28,293 nt of DNA. Source: a plasmid. Shown here piece by piece: positions 16,969-26,687 of the stretch. The notes under the pieces were generated by a model. It made no database searches. It was not told the DNA's origin and saw nothing but the letters and a program-made list of their open reading frames with translations. How positions within the stretch are numbered: position 1 is the first letter of the stretch; every line of letters begins with the position of its first letter. The stretch is from the sequence record NZ_CP120882.1; one strand, given 5' to 3'. The position numbers and the translations under genes are program-made.

Positions 16969-17135
16969 CGGCGGGCCTTATCGAGCCAGGCCAGCGTTTC
17001 AGCATCGCGGGCGGCTACGCGGGCCAGCAGCTCGCGCAGCAGCGCGGCCATGCTCATGCCGTGCGCGGCTGAGATAGCGGCAGCTTCGGCCTTCACGGCC
17101 GCCGGTACGGCGGCGCTCACGGTCTTGGTGGTCAT
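16965..17135 (-). CDS. Small ribbon-helix-helix (CopG/Arc-like) protein, 56 aa. It falls below the ORF-track length cutoff.
   Basis: Translated by hand as MTTKTVSAAVPAAVKAEAAAISAAHGMSMAALLRELLARVAARDAETLAWLDKARR. A beta-strand KTVSAAVP is followed by helices. Its ATG overlaps the ParE stop as TGATG, and its stop overlaps the next gene's ATG. Confidence 0.5.
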   Translation of the reverse strand: MTTKTVSAAVPAAVKAEAAAISAAHGMSMAALLRELLARVAARDAETLAWLDKARR

Positions 17136-17428
17136 CAGTAGCCCGCCTCTTTCTGGTGCCGGAAGGCCAGAACATACACCGCATCGTCGGCCGGTTCGTG
17201 GCGGTACAGGGCCACATAGCCGGAATCCCCGAAGGCAATCACCAGCTCGCGCAGCTCGGGCATTTCAGGGAACGGCCGGCCAATGTCCGGGGCCGTCTCC
17301 AGCAGCAGGAATTGCCGCTCGATGGCCTGGCCGGCACGCCTGGCGGCGTCCGGTGCCTTGACGGCCAGGAACCGCCGGCATCGTTCCAAGCCTTCCGCCG
17401 CGCCTTCGGTGACGATTACTTGTGGCAC
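17135..17428 (-). CDS. parE: ParE/RelE-family type II toxin
   Basis: 97 aa. Length, the pattern ...FPEMPELRELVIAFGDSGYVALYRHEPADDAVYVLAFRHQKE, and the 13-nt overlap with the upstream antitoxin gene all fit ParE-type toxins. Confidence 0.7.
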   Translation of the reverse strand: MPQVIVTEGAAEGLERCRRFLAVKAPDAARRAGQAIERQFLLLETAPDIGRPFPEMPELRELVIAFGDSGYVALYRHEPADDAVYVLAFRHQKEAGY

Positions 17429-17688
17429 TCAGGCACCGCCCTTTCGTCATTGGTGCCCCAGGTGTTCAACCAGGTGCGAACTTCCTGGCCGGTCAGGTGG
17501 CGGCCGGTTTCCTTGTAGGCCGCCCAGGACGCCAAGGCTTCCTGCTTGAAGCTCTCGCGGGCTTCTTCGCGCTCGACGTACTGCTGGATCGCTTCGAGCA
17601 TGATCCAGTGGGGCGAGCGGCGGCGCTGGCTGGCGAGGTGCTGGACGCGACCTTTCAGCGTGTCGTCGATCTTGAGAGACGTTGCCAT
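17416..17688 (-). CDS. RHH-type antitoxin (ParD/CopG-like) paired with ParE
   Basis: 90 aa. N-terminus MATSLKIDDTLKGRVQHLA is the RHH strand. AAGAGG ribosome-binding site. The promoter region carries the inverted repeat TTATCAC-N13-GTGATAA at 17699-17725, the likely autoregulatory operator. Confidence 0.65.
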   Translation of the reverse strand: MATSLKIDDTLKGRVQHLASQRRRSPHWIMLEAIQQYVEREEARESFKQEALASWAAYKETGRHLTGQEVRTWLNTWGTNDERAVPECHK

Positions 17689-18047
17689 AGTGGGCCTCTT
17701 ATCACATGGTAATACCTAGTGATAATAGCCCTTCCCTGCCCCCGAGTCCATCGCGCTGAAACTGTCTTGAAAAGGCTCTTTAAGGCTGGTGTTTTGAGCT
17801 AGGCGCATATAGATCGAGATTTGATAAATGAGCCTGTCGGGCTACTGTCGTTTTCAGAAGACGGCTGCACTGAACGTCAGAAGCCGACTGCACTATAGCA
17901 GCGGAGGGGTTGGATCCATCAGGCAACGACGGGCTGCTGCCGGCCATCAGCGGACGCAGGGAGGACTTTCCGCAACCGGCCGTTCGATGCGGCACCGATG
18001 GCCTTCGCGCAGGGGTAGTGAATCCGCCAGGATTGACTTGCGCTGCC

Positions 18048-19061
18048 CTACCTCTCACTAGTGAGGGGCGGCAGCGCATCAAGCGGTGAGCGCACTCCGG
18101 CACCGCCAACTTTCAGCACATGCGTGTAAATCATCGTCGTAGAGACGTCGGAATGGCCGAGCAGATCCTGCACGGTTCGAATGTCGTAACCGCTGCGGAG
18201 CAAGGCCGTCGCGAACGAGTGGCGGAGGGTGTGCGGTGTGGCGGGCTTCGTGATGCCTGCTTGTTCTACGGCACGTTTGAAGGCGCGCTGAAAGGTCTGG
18301 TCATACATGTGATGGCGACGCACGACACCGCTCCGTGGATCGGTCGAATGCGTGTGCTGCGCAAAAACCCAGAACCACGGCCAGGAATGCCCGGCGCGCG
18401 GATACTTCCGCTCAAGGGCGTCGGGAAGCGCAACGCCGCTGCGGCCCTCGGCCTGGTCCTTCAGCCACCATGCCCGTGCACGCGACAGCTGCTCGCGCAG
18501 GCTGGGTGCCAAGCTCTCGGGTAACATCAAGGCCCGATCCTTGGAGCCCTTGCCCTCCCGCACGATGATCGTGCCGTGATCGAAATCCAGATCCTTGACC
18601 CGCAGTTGCAAACCCTCACTGATCCGCATGCCCGTTCCATACAGAAGCTGGGCGAACAAACGATGCTCGCCTTCCAGAAAACCGAGGATGCGAACCACTT
18701 CATCCGGGGTCAGCACCACCGGCAAGCGCCGCGACGGCCGAGGTCTTCCGATCTCCTGAAGCCAGGGCAGATCCGTGCACAGCACCTTGCCGTAGAAGAA
18801 CAGCAAGGCCGCCAATGCCTGACGATGCGTGGAGACCGAAACCTTGCGCTCGTTCGCCAGCCAGGACAGAAATGCCTCGACTTCGCTGCTGCCCAAGGTT
18901 GCCGGGTGACGCACACCGTGGAAACGGATGAAGGCACGAACCCAGTGGACATAAGCCTGTTCGGTTCGTAAACTGTAATGCAAGTAGCGTATGCGCTCAC
19001 GCAACTGGTCCAGAACCTTGACCGAACGCAGCGGTGGTAACGGCGCAGTGGCGGTTTTCAT
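18048..19061 (-). CDS. intI1: Class 1 integron integrase
   Basis: 337 aa. [49 protein letters not shown]... is IntI1 as I recall it. Confidence 0.95.
18946..18974 (+). promoter_or_regulatory. Cassette promoter Pc, the hybrid variant TGGACA-N17-TAAACT. The second promoter P2 is inactive because it has a 14-nt spacer and lacks the GGG insertion.
   Basis: TGGACA at 18946-18951, 17-nt spacer, TAAACT at 18969-18974, all inside the intI1 coding region. TTGTTA...TACAGT downstream has a 14-nt spacer. Confidence 0.7.
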
Positions 19062-19138
19062 GGCTTGTTATGACTGTTTTTTTGTACAGTCTATGCCTCG
19101 GGCATCCAAGCAGCAAGCGCGTTACGCCGTGGGTCGAT

Positions 19139-19203
19139 GTTTGATGTTATGGAGCAGCAACGATGTTACGCAGCAGGGCAGTCGCCCTAAAACAAAGTTA
19201 GGC
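19139..19203. other. attI1: attI1 recombination site ending at the GTTAGGC core
   Basis: The sequence gttatggagcagcaacgatgttacgcagcagggcagtcgccctaaaacaaagttaggc is the canonical attI1. Confidence 0.8.
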
Positions 19204-19221
19204 ATCACAAAGTACAGCATC

Positions 19222-19776
19222 GTGACCAACAGCAACGATTCCGTCACACTGCGCCTCATGACTGAGCATGACCTTGCGATGCTCTATGAGTGGCTAAATC
19301 GATCTCATATCGTCGAGTGGTGGGGCGGAGAAGAAGCACGCCCGACACTTGCTGACGTACAGGAACAGTACTTGCCAAGCGTTTTAGCGCAAGAGTCCGT
19401 CACTCCATACATTGCAATGCTGAATGGAGAGCCGATTGGGTATGCCCAGTCGTACGTTGCTCTTGGAAGCGGGGACGGATGGTGGGAAGAAGAAACCGAT
19501 CCAGGAGTACGCGGAATAGACCAGTCACTGGCGAATGCATCACAACTGGGCAAAGGCTTGGGAACCAAGCTGGTTCGAGCTCTGGTTGAGTTGCTGTTCA
19601 ATGATCCCGAGGTCACCAAGATCCAAACGGACCCGTCGCCGAGCAACTTGCGAGCGATCCGATGCTACGAGAAAGCGGGGTTTGAGAGGCAAGGTACCGT
19701 AACCACCCCAGATGGTCCAGCCGTGTACATGGTTCAAACACGCCAGGCATTCGAGCGAACACGCAGTGATGCCTAA
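19222..19776 (+). CDS. aacA4: Aminoglycoside 6'-N-acetyltransferase AAC(6')-Ib cassette. The frame is open back through attI1, and alternative starts are the ATG at 19144 and the ATG at 19258.
   Basis: ...[52 protein letters not shown]...[13 protein letters not shown]. The attC site, about 72 bp, runs from GCCTAAC at 19771 to GTTAGCC at 19836-19842. Confidence 0.85.
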   Translation: MTNSNDSVTLRLMTEHDLAMLYEWLNRSHIVEWWGGEEARPTLADVQEQYLPSVLAQESVTPYIAMLNGEPIGYAQSYVALGSGDGWWEEETDPGVRGIDQSLANASQLGKGLGTKLVRALVELLFNDPEVTKIQTDPSPSNLRAIRCYEKAGFERQGTVTTPDGPAVYMVQTRQAFERTRSDA

Positions 19777-19856
19777 CCCTTCCATCGAGGGGGACGTCCA
19801 AGGGCTGGCGCCCTTGGCCGCCCCTCATGTCAAACGTTAGCCACCAAGAAGGTGCC

Positions 19857-20657
19857 ATGAAAACATTTGCCGCATATGTAATTACTGCGTGTCTTTCAAG
19901 TACGGCATTAGCTAGTTCAATTACAGAAAATACGTTTTGGAACAAAGAGTTCTCTGCCGAAGCCGTCAATGGTGTTTTCGTGCTTTGTAAAAGTAGCAGT
20001 AAATCCTGCGCTACCAATAACTTAGCTCGTGCATCAAAGGAATATCTTCCAGCATCAACATTTAAGATCCCCAACGCAATTATCGGCCTAGAAACTGGTG
20101 TCATAAAGAATGAGCATCAGGTTTTCAAATGGGACGGAAAGCCAAGAGCCATGAAACAATGGGAAAGAGACTTGAGCTTAAGAGGGGCAATACAAGTTTC
20201 AGCGGTTCCCGTATTTCAACAAATCGCCAGAGAAGTTGGCGAAGTAAGAATGCAGAAATATCTTAAAAAATTTTCATATGGTAACCAGAATATCAGTGGT
20301 GGCATTGACAAATTCTGGTTGGAGGGTCAGCTTAGAATTTCCGCAGTTAATCAAGTGGAGTTTCTAGAGTCTCTATTTTTAAATAAATTGTCAGCATCAA
20401 AAGAAAATCAGCTAATAGTAAAAGAGGCTTTGGTAACGGAGGCTGCGCCTGAATATCTTGTGCATTCAAAAACTGGTTTTTCTGGTGTGGGAACTGAGTC
20501 AAATCCTGGTGTCGCATGGTGGGTTGGTTGGGTTGAGAAGGGAACAGAGGTTTACTTTTTCGCCTTTAACATGGATATAGACAACGAAAATAAGTTGCCG
20601 CTAAGAAAATCCATTCCCACCAAAATCATGGCAAGTGAGGGCATCATTGGTGGCTAA
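19857..20657 (+). CDS. blaOXA: Class D beta-lactamase of the OXA-10 family
   Basis: 266 aa. [76 protein letters not shown] is near-identical to OXA-10 as I recall it, with a few substitutions. Catalytic motifs STFK, SAV and KTG are present. The attC site is at 20652-20715. Confidence 0.9.
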   Translation: MKTFAAYVITACLSSTALASSITENTFWNKEFSAEAVNGVFVLCKSSSKSCATNNLARASKEYLPASTFKIPNAIIGLETGVIKNEHQVFKWDGKPRAMKQWERDLSLRGAIQVSAVPVFQQIAREVGEVRMQKYLKKFSYGNQNISGGIDKFWLEGQLRISAVNQVEFLESLFLNKLSASKENQLIVKEALVTEAAPEYLVHSKTGFSGVGTESNPGVAWWVGWVEKGTEVYFFAFNMDIDNENKLPLRKSIPTKIMASEGIIGG

Positions 20658-20719
20658 CAATTCGCTGCAGGCGCGACGGCCCTGACGGGCCGCGGCCTGA
20701 GCTCAAACGTTAGACCGCT

Positions 20720-21514
20720 ATGACAGTCGCCCTCGACGAAGTATCTGAACTAAAGAATTTGCTTTCACCCTTGTTGGATGAATGCACTTTTGAAGAAGTT
20801 GAGTATGGTCAGTCAGATGCTCGAGTGATTCGAGTTCTATTTCCTGATCGCAATACCGCGTATCTAAAGTACGCCTCCGGATCTTCTGCTCAAGAAATTC
20901 TTCAAGAGCATCAGCGCACTAGATGGCTCAGAACACGAGCTCTCGTACCGGAAGTGATCTCATATGTCTCGACTTCAACTGTCACCATCCTGTTGACAAA
21001 AGCATTGATTGGCCACAATGCCGCTGACGCCGCAGATGCAGATCCAGTTATTGTTGTTGCAGAGATGGCACGAGCGTTACGCGACCTCCATTCGATCTCG
21101 CCTGACGATTGCCCATTCGACGAAAGGCTCCACCTGCGACTGAAGCTGGCTTCGGGCCGTTTGGAAGCCGGGTTAGTTGATGAGGAGGACTTTGATCACG
21201 CAAGGCAAGGCATGCTGGCGCGGGATGTTTACGAGCAACTTTTTATACAAATGCCTGGAGCGGAGCAGCTGGTAGTCACACATGGCGACGCCTGTCCCGA
21301 GAACTTCATCTTCCAAGGTAATGCCTTCGTCGGCTTCATAGACTGCGGTCGGGTCGGGCTTGCCGATAAGTATCAAGACCTGGCGCTTGCATCGAGAAAC
21401 ATTGACGCGGTATTTGGACCAGAACTCACTAACCAGTTCTTCATCGAGTATGGAGAGCCAAATCCGAACATAGCTAAGATTGAGTACTACCGGATCTTGG
21501 ATGAGTTCTTCTAA
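20720..21514 (+). CDS. APH(3')-family aminoglycoside O-phosphotransferase gene cassette (aphA15-like)
   Basis: 264 aa. Motifs VTHGDACPENFIF (the HGD catalytic loop) and GFIDCGRVGLADKYQDLA. Preceded by an attC core and followed by a roughly 108-bp attC at 21520-21627. Confidence 0.75.
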   Translation: MTVALDEVSELKNLLSPLLDECTFEEVEYGQSDARVIRVLFPDRNTAYLKYASGSSAQEILQEHQRTRWLRTRALVPEVISYVSTSTVTILLTKALIGHNAADAADADPVIVVAEMARALRDLHSISPDDCPFDERLHLRLKLASGRLEAGLVDEEDFDHARQGMLARDVYEQLFIQMPGAEQLVVTHGDACPENFIFQGNAFVGFIDCGRVGLADKYQDLALASRNIDAVFGPELTNQFFIEYGEPNPNIAKIEYYRILDEFF

Positions 21515-21655
21515 GCGCGGTCTAACAATTCGTTCAAGCCGAGATCGCTTCGCGGCCGCGGAGTTGTTCTGTAAATTGTCACAACGCCGCGGCCGCAAAG
21601 CGCTCCGGCTTAACTCAGGTGTTAGACGGCAAAGTCACAGACCGCGGGATCTCTT

Positions 21656-22288
21656 ATGACCAACTACTTTGATAGCCCCTTCAAAGGCAAGCTGCTTTCT
21701 GAGCAAGTGAAGAACCCCAATATCAAAGTTGGGCGGTACAGCTATTACTCTGGCTACTATCATGGGCACTCATTCGATGACTGCGCACGGTATCTGTTTC
21801 CGGACCGTGATGACGTTGATAAGTTGATCATCGGTAGTTTCTGCTCTATCGGGAGTGGGGCTTCCTTTATCATGGCTGGCAATCAGGGGCATCGGTACGA
21901 CTGGGCATCATCTTTCCCGTTCTTTTATATGCAGGAAGAACCTGCATTCTCAAGCGCACTCGATGCCTTCCAAAAAGCAGGTAATACTGTCATTGGCAAT
22001 GACGTTTGGATCGGCTCTGAGGCAATGGTCATGCCCGGAATCAAGATCGGGCACGGTGCGGTGATAGGCAGCCGCTCGTTGGTGACAAAAGATGTGGAGC
22101 CTTACGCTATCGTTGGCGGCAATCCCGCTAAGAAGATTAAGAAACGCTTCACCGATGAGGAAATTTCATTGCTTCTGGAGATGGAGTGGTGGAATTGGTC
22201 ACTGGAGAAGATCAAAGCGGCAATGCCCATGCTGTGCTCGTCTAATATTGTTGGCCTGCACAAGTATTGGCTCGAGTTTGCCGTCTAA
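21656..22288 (+). CDS. catB3: Xenobiotic (chloramphenicol) acetyltransferase of the CatB3/CatB8 type
   Basis: 210 aa. [47 protein letters not shown]... has the hexapeptide-repeat fold. The attC site is at 22283-22342. Confidence 0.85.
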   Translation: MTNYFDSPFKGKLLSEQVKNPNIKVGRYSYYSGYYHGHSFDDCARYLFPDRDDVDKLIIGSFCSIGSGASFIMAGNQGHRYDWASSFPFFYMQEEPAFSSALDAFQKAGNTVIGNDVWIGSEAMVMPGIKIGHGAVIGSRSLVTKDVEPYAIVGGNPAKKIKKRFTDEEISLLLEMEWWNWSLEKIKAAMPMLCSSNIVGLHKYWLEFAV

Positions 22289-22444
22289 CAATTCAATCAA
22301 GCCGATGCCGCTTCGCGGCACGGCTTATTTCAGGCGTTAGATGCACTAAGCACATAATTGCTCACAGCCAAACTATCAGGTCAAGTCTGCTTTTATTATT
22401 TTTAAGCGTGCATAATAAGCCCTACACAAATTGGGAGATATATC

Positions 22445-22792
22445 ATGAAAGGCTGGCTTTTTCTTGTTATCGCAATAGTTGGCGAAGTAATCGCAACATC
22501 CGCATTAAAATCTAGCGAGGGCTTTACTAAGCTTGCCCCTTCCGCCGTTGTCATAATCGGTTATGGCATCGCATTTTATTTTCTTTCTCTGGTTCTGAAA
22601 TCCATCCCTGTCGGTGTTGCTTATGCAGTCTGGTCGGGACTCGGCGTCGTCATAATTACAGCCATTGCCTGGTTGCTTCATGGGCAAAAGCTTGATGCGT
22701 GGGGCTTTGTAGGTATGGGGCTCATAATTGCTGCCTTTTTGCTCGCCCGATCCCCATCGTGGAAGTCGCTGCGGAGGCCGACGCCATGGTGA
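22445..22792 (+). CDS. qacEdelta1: Truncated SMR quaternary-ammonium efflux protein of the 3'-conserved segment
   Basis: 115 aa. [30 protein letters not shown]... is the canonical 3'-conserved-segment sequence. Confidence 0.9.
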   Translation: MKGWLFLVIAIVGEVIATSALKSSEGFTKLAPSAVVIIGYGIAFYFLSLVLKSIPVGVAYAVWSGLGVVIITAIAWLLHGQKLDAWGFVGMGLIIAAFLLARSPSWKSLRRPTPW

Positions 22793-23625
22793 CGGTGTTC
22801 GGCATTCTGAATCTCACCGAGGACTCCTTCTTCGATGAGAGCCGGCGGCTAGACCCCGCCGGCGCTGTCACCGCGGCGATCGAAATGCTGCGAGTCGGAT
22901 CAGACGTCGTGGATGTCGGACCGGCCGCCAGCCATCCGGACGCGAGGCCTGTATCGCCGGCCGATGAGATCAGACGTATTGCGCCGCTCTTAGACGCCCT
23001 GTCCGATCAGATGCACCGTGTTTCAATCGACAGCTTCCAACCGGAAACCCAGCGCTATGCGCTCAAGCGCGGCGTGGGCTACCTGAACGATATCCAAGGA
23101 TTTCCTGACCCTGCGCTCTATCCCGATATTGCTGAGGCGGACTGCAGGCTGGTGGTTATGCACTCAGCGCAGCGGGATGGCATCGCCACCCGCACCGGTC
23201 ACCTTCGACCCGAAGACGCGCTCGACGAGATTGTGCGGTTCTTCGAGGCGCGGGTTTCCGCCTTGCGACGGAGCGGGGTCGCTGCCGACCGGCTCATCCT
23301 CGATCCGGGGATGGGATTTTTCTTGAGCCCCGCACCGGAAACATCGCTGCACGTGCTGTCGAACCTTCAAAAGCTGAAGTCGGCGTTGGGGCTTCCGCTA
23401 TTGGTCTCGGTGTCGCGGAAATCCTTCTTGGGCGCCACCGTTGGCCTTCCTGTAAAGGATCTGGGTCCAGCGAGCCTTGCGGCGGAACTTCACGCGATCG
23501 GCAATGGCGCTGACTACGTCCGCACCCACGCGCCTGGAGATCTGCGAAGCGCAATCACCTTCTCGGAAACCCTCGCGAAATTTCGCAGTCGCGACGCCAG
23601 AGACCGAGGGTTAGATCATGCCTAG
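22786..23625 (+). CDS. sul1: Sulfonamide-resistant dihydropteroate synthase
   Basis: Starts [23 protein letters not shown] and overlaps the qacEdelta1 end. Confidence 0.9.
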   Translation: MVTVFGILNLTEDSFFDESRRLDPAGAVTAAIEMLRVGSDVVDVGPAASHPDARPVSPADEIRRIAPLLDALSDQMHRVSIDSFQPETQRYALKRGVGYLNDIQGFPDPALYPDIAEADCRLVVMHSAQRDGIATRTGHLRPEDALDEIVRFFEARVSALRRSGVAADRLILDPGMGFFLSPAPETSLHVLSNLQKLKSALGLPLLVSVSRKSFLGATVGLPVKDLGPASLAAELHAIGNGADYVRTHAPGDLRSAITFSETLAKFRSRDARDRGLDHA

Positions 23626-23752
23626 CATTCACCTTCCGGCCGCCCGCTAGCGGACCCTGGTCAGGTTCCGCGAAGGTGGGCGCAGACATGCTGGGCTCGT
23701 CAGGATCAAACTGCACTATGAGGCGGCGGTTCATACCGCGCCAGGGGAGCGA

Positions 23753-24253
23753 ATGGACAGCGAGGAGCCTCCGAACGTTCGGGTCGCCTGCTCGGGTGAT
23801 ATCGACGAGGTTGTGCGGCTGATGCACGACGCTGCGGCGTGGATGTCCGCCAAGGGAACGCCCGCCTGGGACGTCGCGCGGATCGACCGGACATTCGCGG
23901 AGACCTTCGTCCTGAGATCCGAGCTCCTAGTCGCGAGTTGCAGCGACGGCATCGTCGGCTGTTGCACCTTGTCGGCCGAGGATCCCGAGTTCTGGCCCGA
24001 CGCCCTCAAGGGGGAGGCCGCATATCTGCACAAGCTCGCGGTGCGACGGACACATGCGGGCCGGGGTGTCAGCTCCGCGCTGATCGAGGCTTGCCGCCAT
24101 GCCGCGCGAACGCAGGGGTGCGCCAAGCTGCGGCTCGACTGCCACCCGAACCTGCGTGGCCTATACGAGCGGCTCGGATTCACCCACGTCGACACTTTCA
24201 ATCCCGGCTGGGATCCAACCTTCATCGCAGAACGCCTAGAACTCGAAATCTAA
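23753..24253 (+). CDS. orf5: GNAT-family acetyltransferase orf5 of the 3'-conserved segment
   Basis: 166 aa, in the standard position after sul1. Confidence 0.8.
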   Translation: MDSEEPPNVRVACSGDIDEVVRLMHDAAAWMSAKGTPAWDVARIDRTFAETFVLRSELLVASCSDGIVGCCTLSAEDPEFWPDALKGEAAYLHKLAVRRTHAGRGVSSALIEACRHAARTQGCAKLRLDCHPNLRGLYERLGFTHVDTFNPGWDPTFIAERLELEI

Positions 24254-24575
24254 CGTCCGTTCGGGCATCGAGGTCCATGTCGGGGTGGGACGGGCCCGTG
24301 GCTTCAAGATCACTTGCAGTCCGACCGCGATGTCTTGGTTGCGCGAGAGGTTGTCGATATCCTCCACTTCCATCATCAACCCTGGATAATGCCGCCGCCG
24401 TCATCGCCGCCGACGCCCGTGCCGGGCTTTTCGGGCCTGTCAGGCTTGCTCGGCCTTCAGCCTGCCTGGGCGAGATCTCCGGCGGACGGATTAACGGCGG
24501 AGCTTCGCCGCCTTTCGTGCGTGTGAAGGCCGAAGATAGTTCTCTCAAAAACATCCGTTTATGAGAGATACCAAA

Positions 24576-24698
24576 TGTCATTTTCAGAAGACGACTGCAC
24601 CAGTTGATTGGGCGTAATGGCTGTTGTGCAGCCAGCTCCTGACAGTTCAATATCAGAAGTGATCTGCACCAATCTCGACTATGCTCAATACTCGTGTG
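24576..24698. repeat. 123-bp inverted copy of the Tn402 IRt end, on the inner side of IS6100
   Basis: Starts TGTCATTTTCAGAAGACGACTGCAC. It is the reverse complement of the outer fragment at 25608-25730. Confidence 0.85.
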
Positions 24699-25578
24699 GG
24701 CTCTGTTGCAAAAATCGTGAAGCTTGAGCATGCTTGGCGGAGATTGGACGGACGGAACGATGACGGATTTCAAGTGGCGCCATTTCCAGGGTGATGTGAT
24801 CCTGTGGGCGGTGCGCTGGTATTGTCGCTATCCGATCAGCTATCGCGACCTTGAGGAAATGCTGGCGGAACGCGGCATTTCGGTCGACCATACGACGATC
24901 TATCGCTGGGTCCAGTGCTACGCCCCGGAGATGGAGAAGCGGCTGCGCTGGTTCTGGCGGCGTGGCTTTGATCCGAGCTGGCGCCTGGATGAAACCTACG
25001 TCAAGGTGCGGGGCAAGTGGACCTACCTGTACCGGGCAGTCGACAAGCGGGGCGACACGATCGATTTCTACCTGTCGCCGACCCGCAGCGCCAAGGCAGC
25101 GAAGCGGTTCCTGGGCAAGGCCCTGCGAGGCCTGAAGCACTGGGAAAAGCCTGCCACGCTCAATACCGACAAAGCGCCGAGCTATGGTGCAGCGATCACC
25201 GAATTGAAGCGCGAAGGAAAGCTGGACCGGGAGACGGCCCACCGGCAGGTGAAGTATCTCAATAACGTGATCGAGGCCGATCACGGAAAGCTCAAGATAC
25301 TGATCAAGCCGGTGCGCGGTTTCAAATCGATCCCCACGGCCTATGCCACGATCAAGGGATTCGAAGTCATGCGAGCCCTGCGCAAAGGACAGGCTCGCCC
25401 CTGGTGCCTGCAGCCCGGCATCAGGGGCGAGGTGCGCCTTGTGGAGAGAGCTTTTGGCATTGGGCCCTCGGCGCTGACGGAGGCCATGGGCATGCTCAAC
25501 CACCATTTCGCAGCAGCCGCCTGATCGGCGCAGAGCGACAGCCTACCTCTGACTGCCGCCAATCTTTGCAACAGAGCC
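24699..25578 (+). mobile_element. IS6100 (IS6 family), 880 bp
   Basis: Terminal inverted repeats GGCTCTGTTGCAAA at 24699-24712 and TTTGCAACAGAGCC at 25565-25578. It encodes a 254-aa transposase. Confidence 0.95.
24760..25524 (+). CDS. tnpA: IS6100 transposase
   Basis: MTDFKWRHFQGDVILWAVRWYCRYPISYRDLEEMLAERGISVDHTTIYRWVQ... is the IS6100/IS6 DDE transposase. Confidence 0.95.
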   Translation: MTDFKWRHFQGDVILWAVRWYCRYPISYRDLEEMLAERGISVDHTTIYRWVQCYAPEMEKRLRWFWRRGFDPSWRLDETYVKVRGKWTYLYRAVDKRGDTIDFYLSPTRSAKAAKRFLGKALRGLKHWEKPATLNTDKAPSYGAAITELKREGKLDRETAHRQVKYLNNVIEADHGKLKILIKPVRGFKSIPTAYATIKGFEVMRALRKGQARPWCLQPGIRGEVRLVERAFGIGPSALTEAMGMLNHHFAAAA

Positions 25579-25730
25579 TCCGTCGCCATGCTCACCTCGC
25601 TTTGGTGCACACGAGTATTGAGCATAGTCGAGATTGGTGCAGATCACTTCTGATATTGAACTGTCAGGAGCTGGCTGCACAACAGCCATTACGCCCAATC
25701 AACTGGTGCAGTCGTCTTCTGAAAATGACA
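25579..25730. repeat. 152-bp IRt-end fragment, the outer and functional integron terminus
   Basis: Ends with the IRt 25-mer at 25706-25730. The 123-bp and 152-bp lengths match the In4 arrangement. Confidence 0.85.
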
Positions 25731-25770
25731 GCTACGATAGGCGCATTCAGGTATGCCCAAAGGAGCCAGC

Positions 25771-26676
25771 ATGAGCAGGACGAAGCCAGCAGCCGCGCCG
25801 ATGGTGGCGCGGGTCTATCTGCGCGTCAGCACCGACGCGCAAGACCTTGAACGCCAGGAAGGGATCATCACGGCCGCGAAGGCCGCCGGGTACTACGTCG
25901 CCGGCATCTACCGCGAGAAAGCCAGCGGCGCACGCGCTGACCGGCCCGAGCTGCTGCGCATGGTGGCCGACCTGCAACCGGGCGAGGTGGTCATTGCCGA
26001 GAAGATCGACCGCATCAGCCGCCTACCCTTGCCCGAGGCCGAGCGCCTGGTGGCCTCGATCCGGGCCAAGGGTGCGCGCCTGGCCGTCCCTGGCGTGGTC
26101 GATCTATCCGACCTGGCGGCCGAGGCCCAGGGCGTCGCCAAGATCGTCCTGGAATCCGTCCAGGACATGCTTTTGAAGCTGGCCCTACAGATGGCCCGCG
26201 ACGACTACGAGGACAGGCGCGAGCGGCAGCGCCAGGGCATCGAGCTGGCGAAGCGGGACGGCCGCTACAAGGGCCGGCGGGCCGATCCGAAGCTGCGCGC
26301 CCAGGTGATCGCGTTGCGCAGCATCGGCCAGAGCATCGCGGAGACTGCCAAGCTGGCCGGGTGCAGCGTGGCCCAGGTCAAACGGATTTGGGCCAGCCGT
26401 GACATGAGCCGGGCCGAGGCGGCCAGGCATGGCGCTTTCGTGGAGGACGCATTGACCGAGGCCGACGCCGGCGCGGCGGCCGACGTGGAGCAGGGCGCGG
26501 CCGAGCTGCCCGAGCCGGCTTTTCTGGACGATGAAGGCCCAGTCGCCGATCTGCCGATGCCCCCGTACCGAACCCAAAACCTGCCGCAAATCCTGGCGGC
26601 CCTCACCGATGACGAGCTGGCGACGTGGCCCGGCGACCTGGCAGACGCCGAGCGGGCGCGGCGGCGCAAACTTTAG
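25771..26676 (+). CDS. Serine recombinase/resolvase with a long C-terminal extension (about 300 aa); candidate plasmid multimer-resolution enzyme
   Basis: VYLRVSTDAQDLERQ is the catalytic-serine motif. HTH at SIAETAKLAGCSVAQVKRIW. About 110 further residues are acidic and Ala-rich. AGGAG ribosome-binding site. The gene starts only 40 bp after the integron IRt. Confidence 0.75.
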   Translation: MSRTKPAAAPMVARVYLRVSTDAQDLERQEGIITAAKAAGYYVAGIYREKASGARADRPELLRMVADLQPGEVVIAEKIDRISRLPLPEAERLVASIRAKGARLAVPGVVDLSDLAAEAQGVAKIVLESVQDMLLKLALQMARDDYEDRRERQRQGIELAKRDGRYKGRRADPKLRAQVIALRSIGQSIAETAKLAGCSVAQVKRIWASRDMSRAEAARHGAFVEDALTEADAGAAADVEQGAAELPEPAFLDDEGPVADLPMPPYRTQNLPQILAALTDDELATWPGDLADAERARRRKL

Positions 26677-26684
26677 CGGCTAAA
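26672..26684. promoter_or_regulatory. KorB operator (OB): TTTAGCGGCTAAA, overlapping the resolvase stop codon
   Basis: Exact OB consensus. Confidence 0.7.
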
Positions 26685-26687
26685 ATC

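Larger units (their letters stand above)
17846..25730. mobile_element. In4-type class 1 integron with defective Tn402 ends, bounded by IRi and IRt and flanked by the 5-bp direct duplication GCTAC
   Basis: IRi TGTCGTTTTCAGAAGACGGCTGCAC at 17846-17870. IRt GTGCAGTCGTCTTCTGAAAATGACA at 25706-25730. GCTAC at 17841-17845 and again at 25731-25735. No tni genes. Confidence 0.9.

Noticed and set aside
19028-19082. Possible second integron promoter P2 (TTGTTA ... TACAGT)
   Set aside because: The spacer is 14 nt (tgactgtttttttg) and lacks the GGG insertion that gives the active 17-nt spacing. P2 is presumed inactive.
18991-19221. The ORF-track start of the aacA4 frame at 18991, reading through the intI1 5' end and attI1
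   Set aside because: The frame is open by chance across attI1. The mature AAC(6')-Ib begins at the cassette boundary (GTG at 19222 or ATG at 19258). Only the ATG at 19144 inside attI1 is a plausible alternative initiation.
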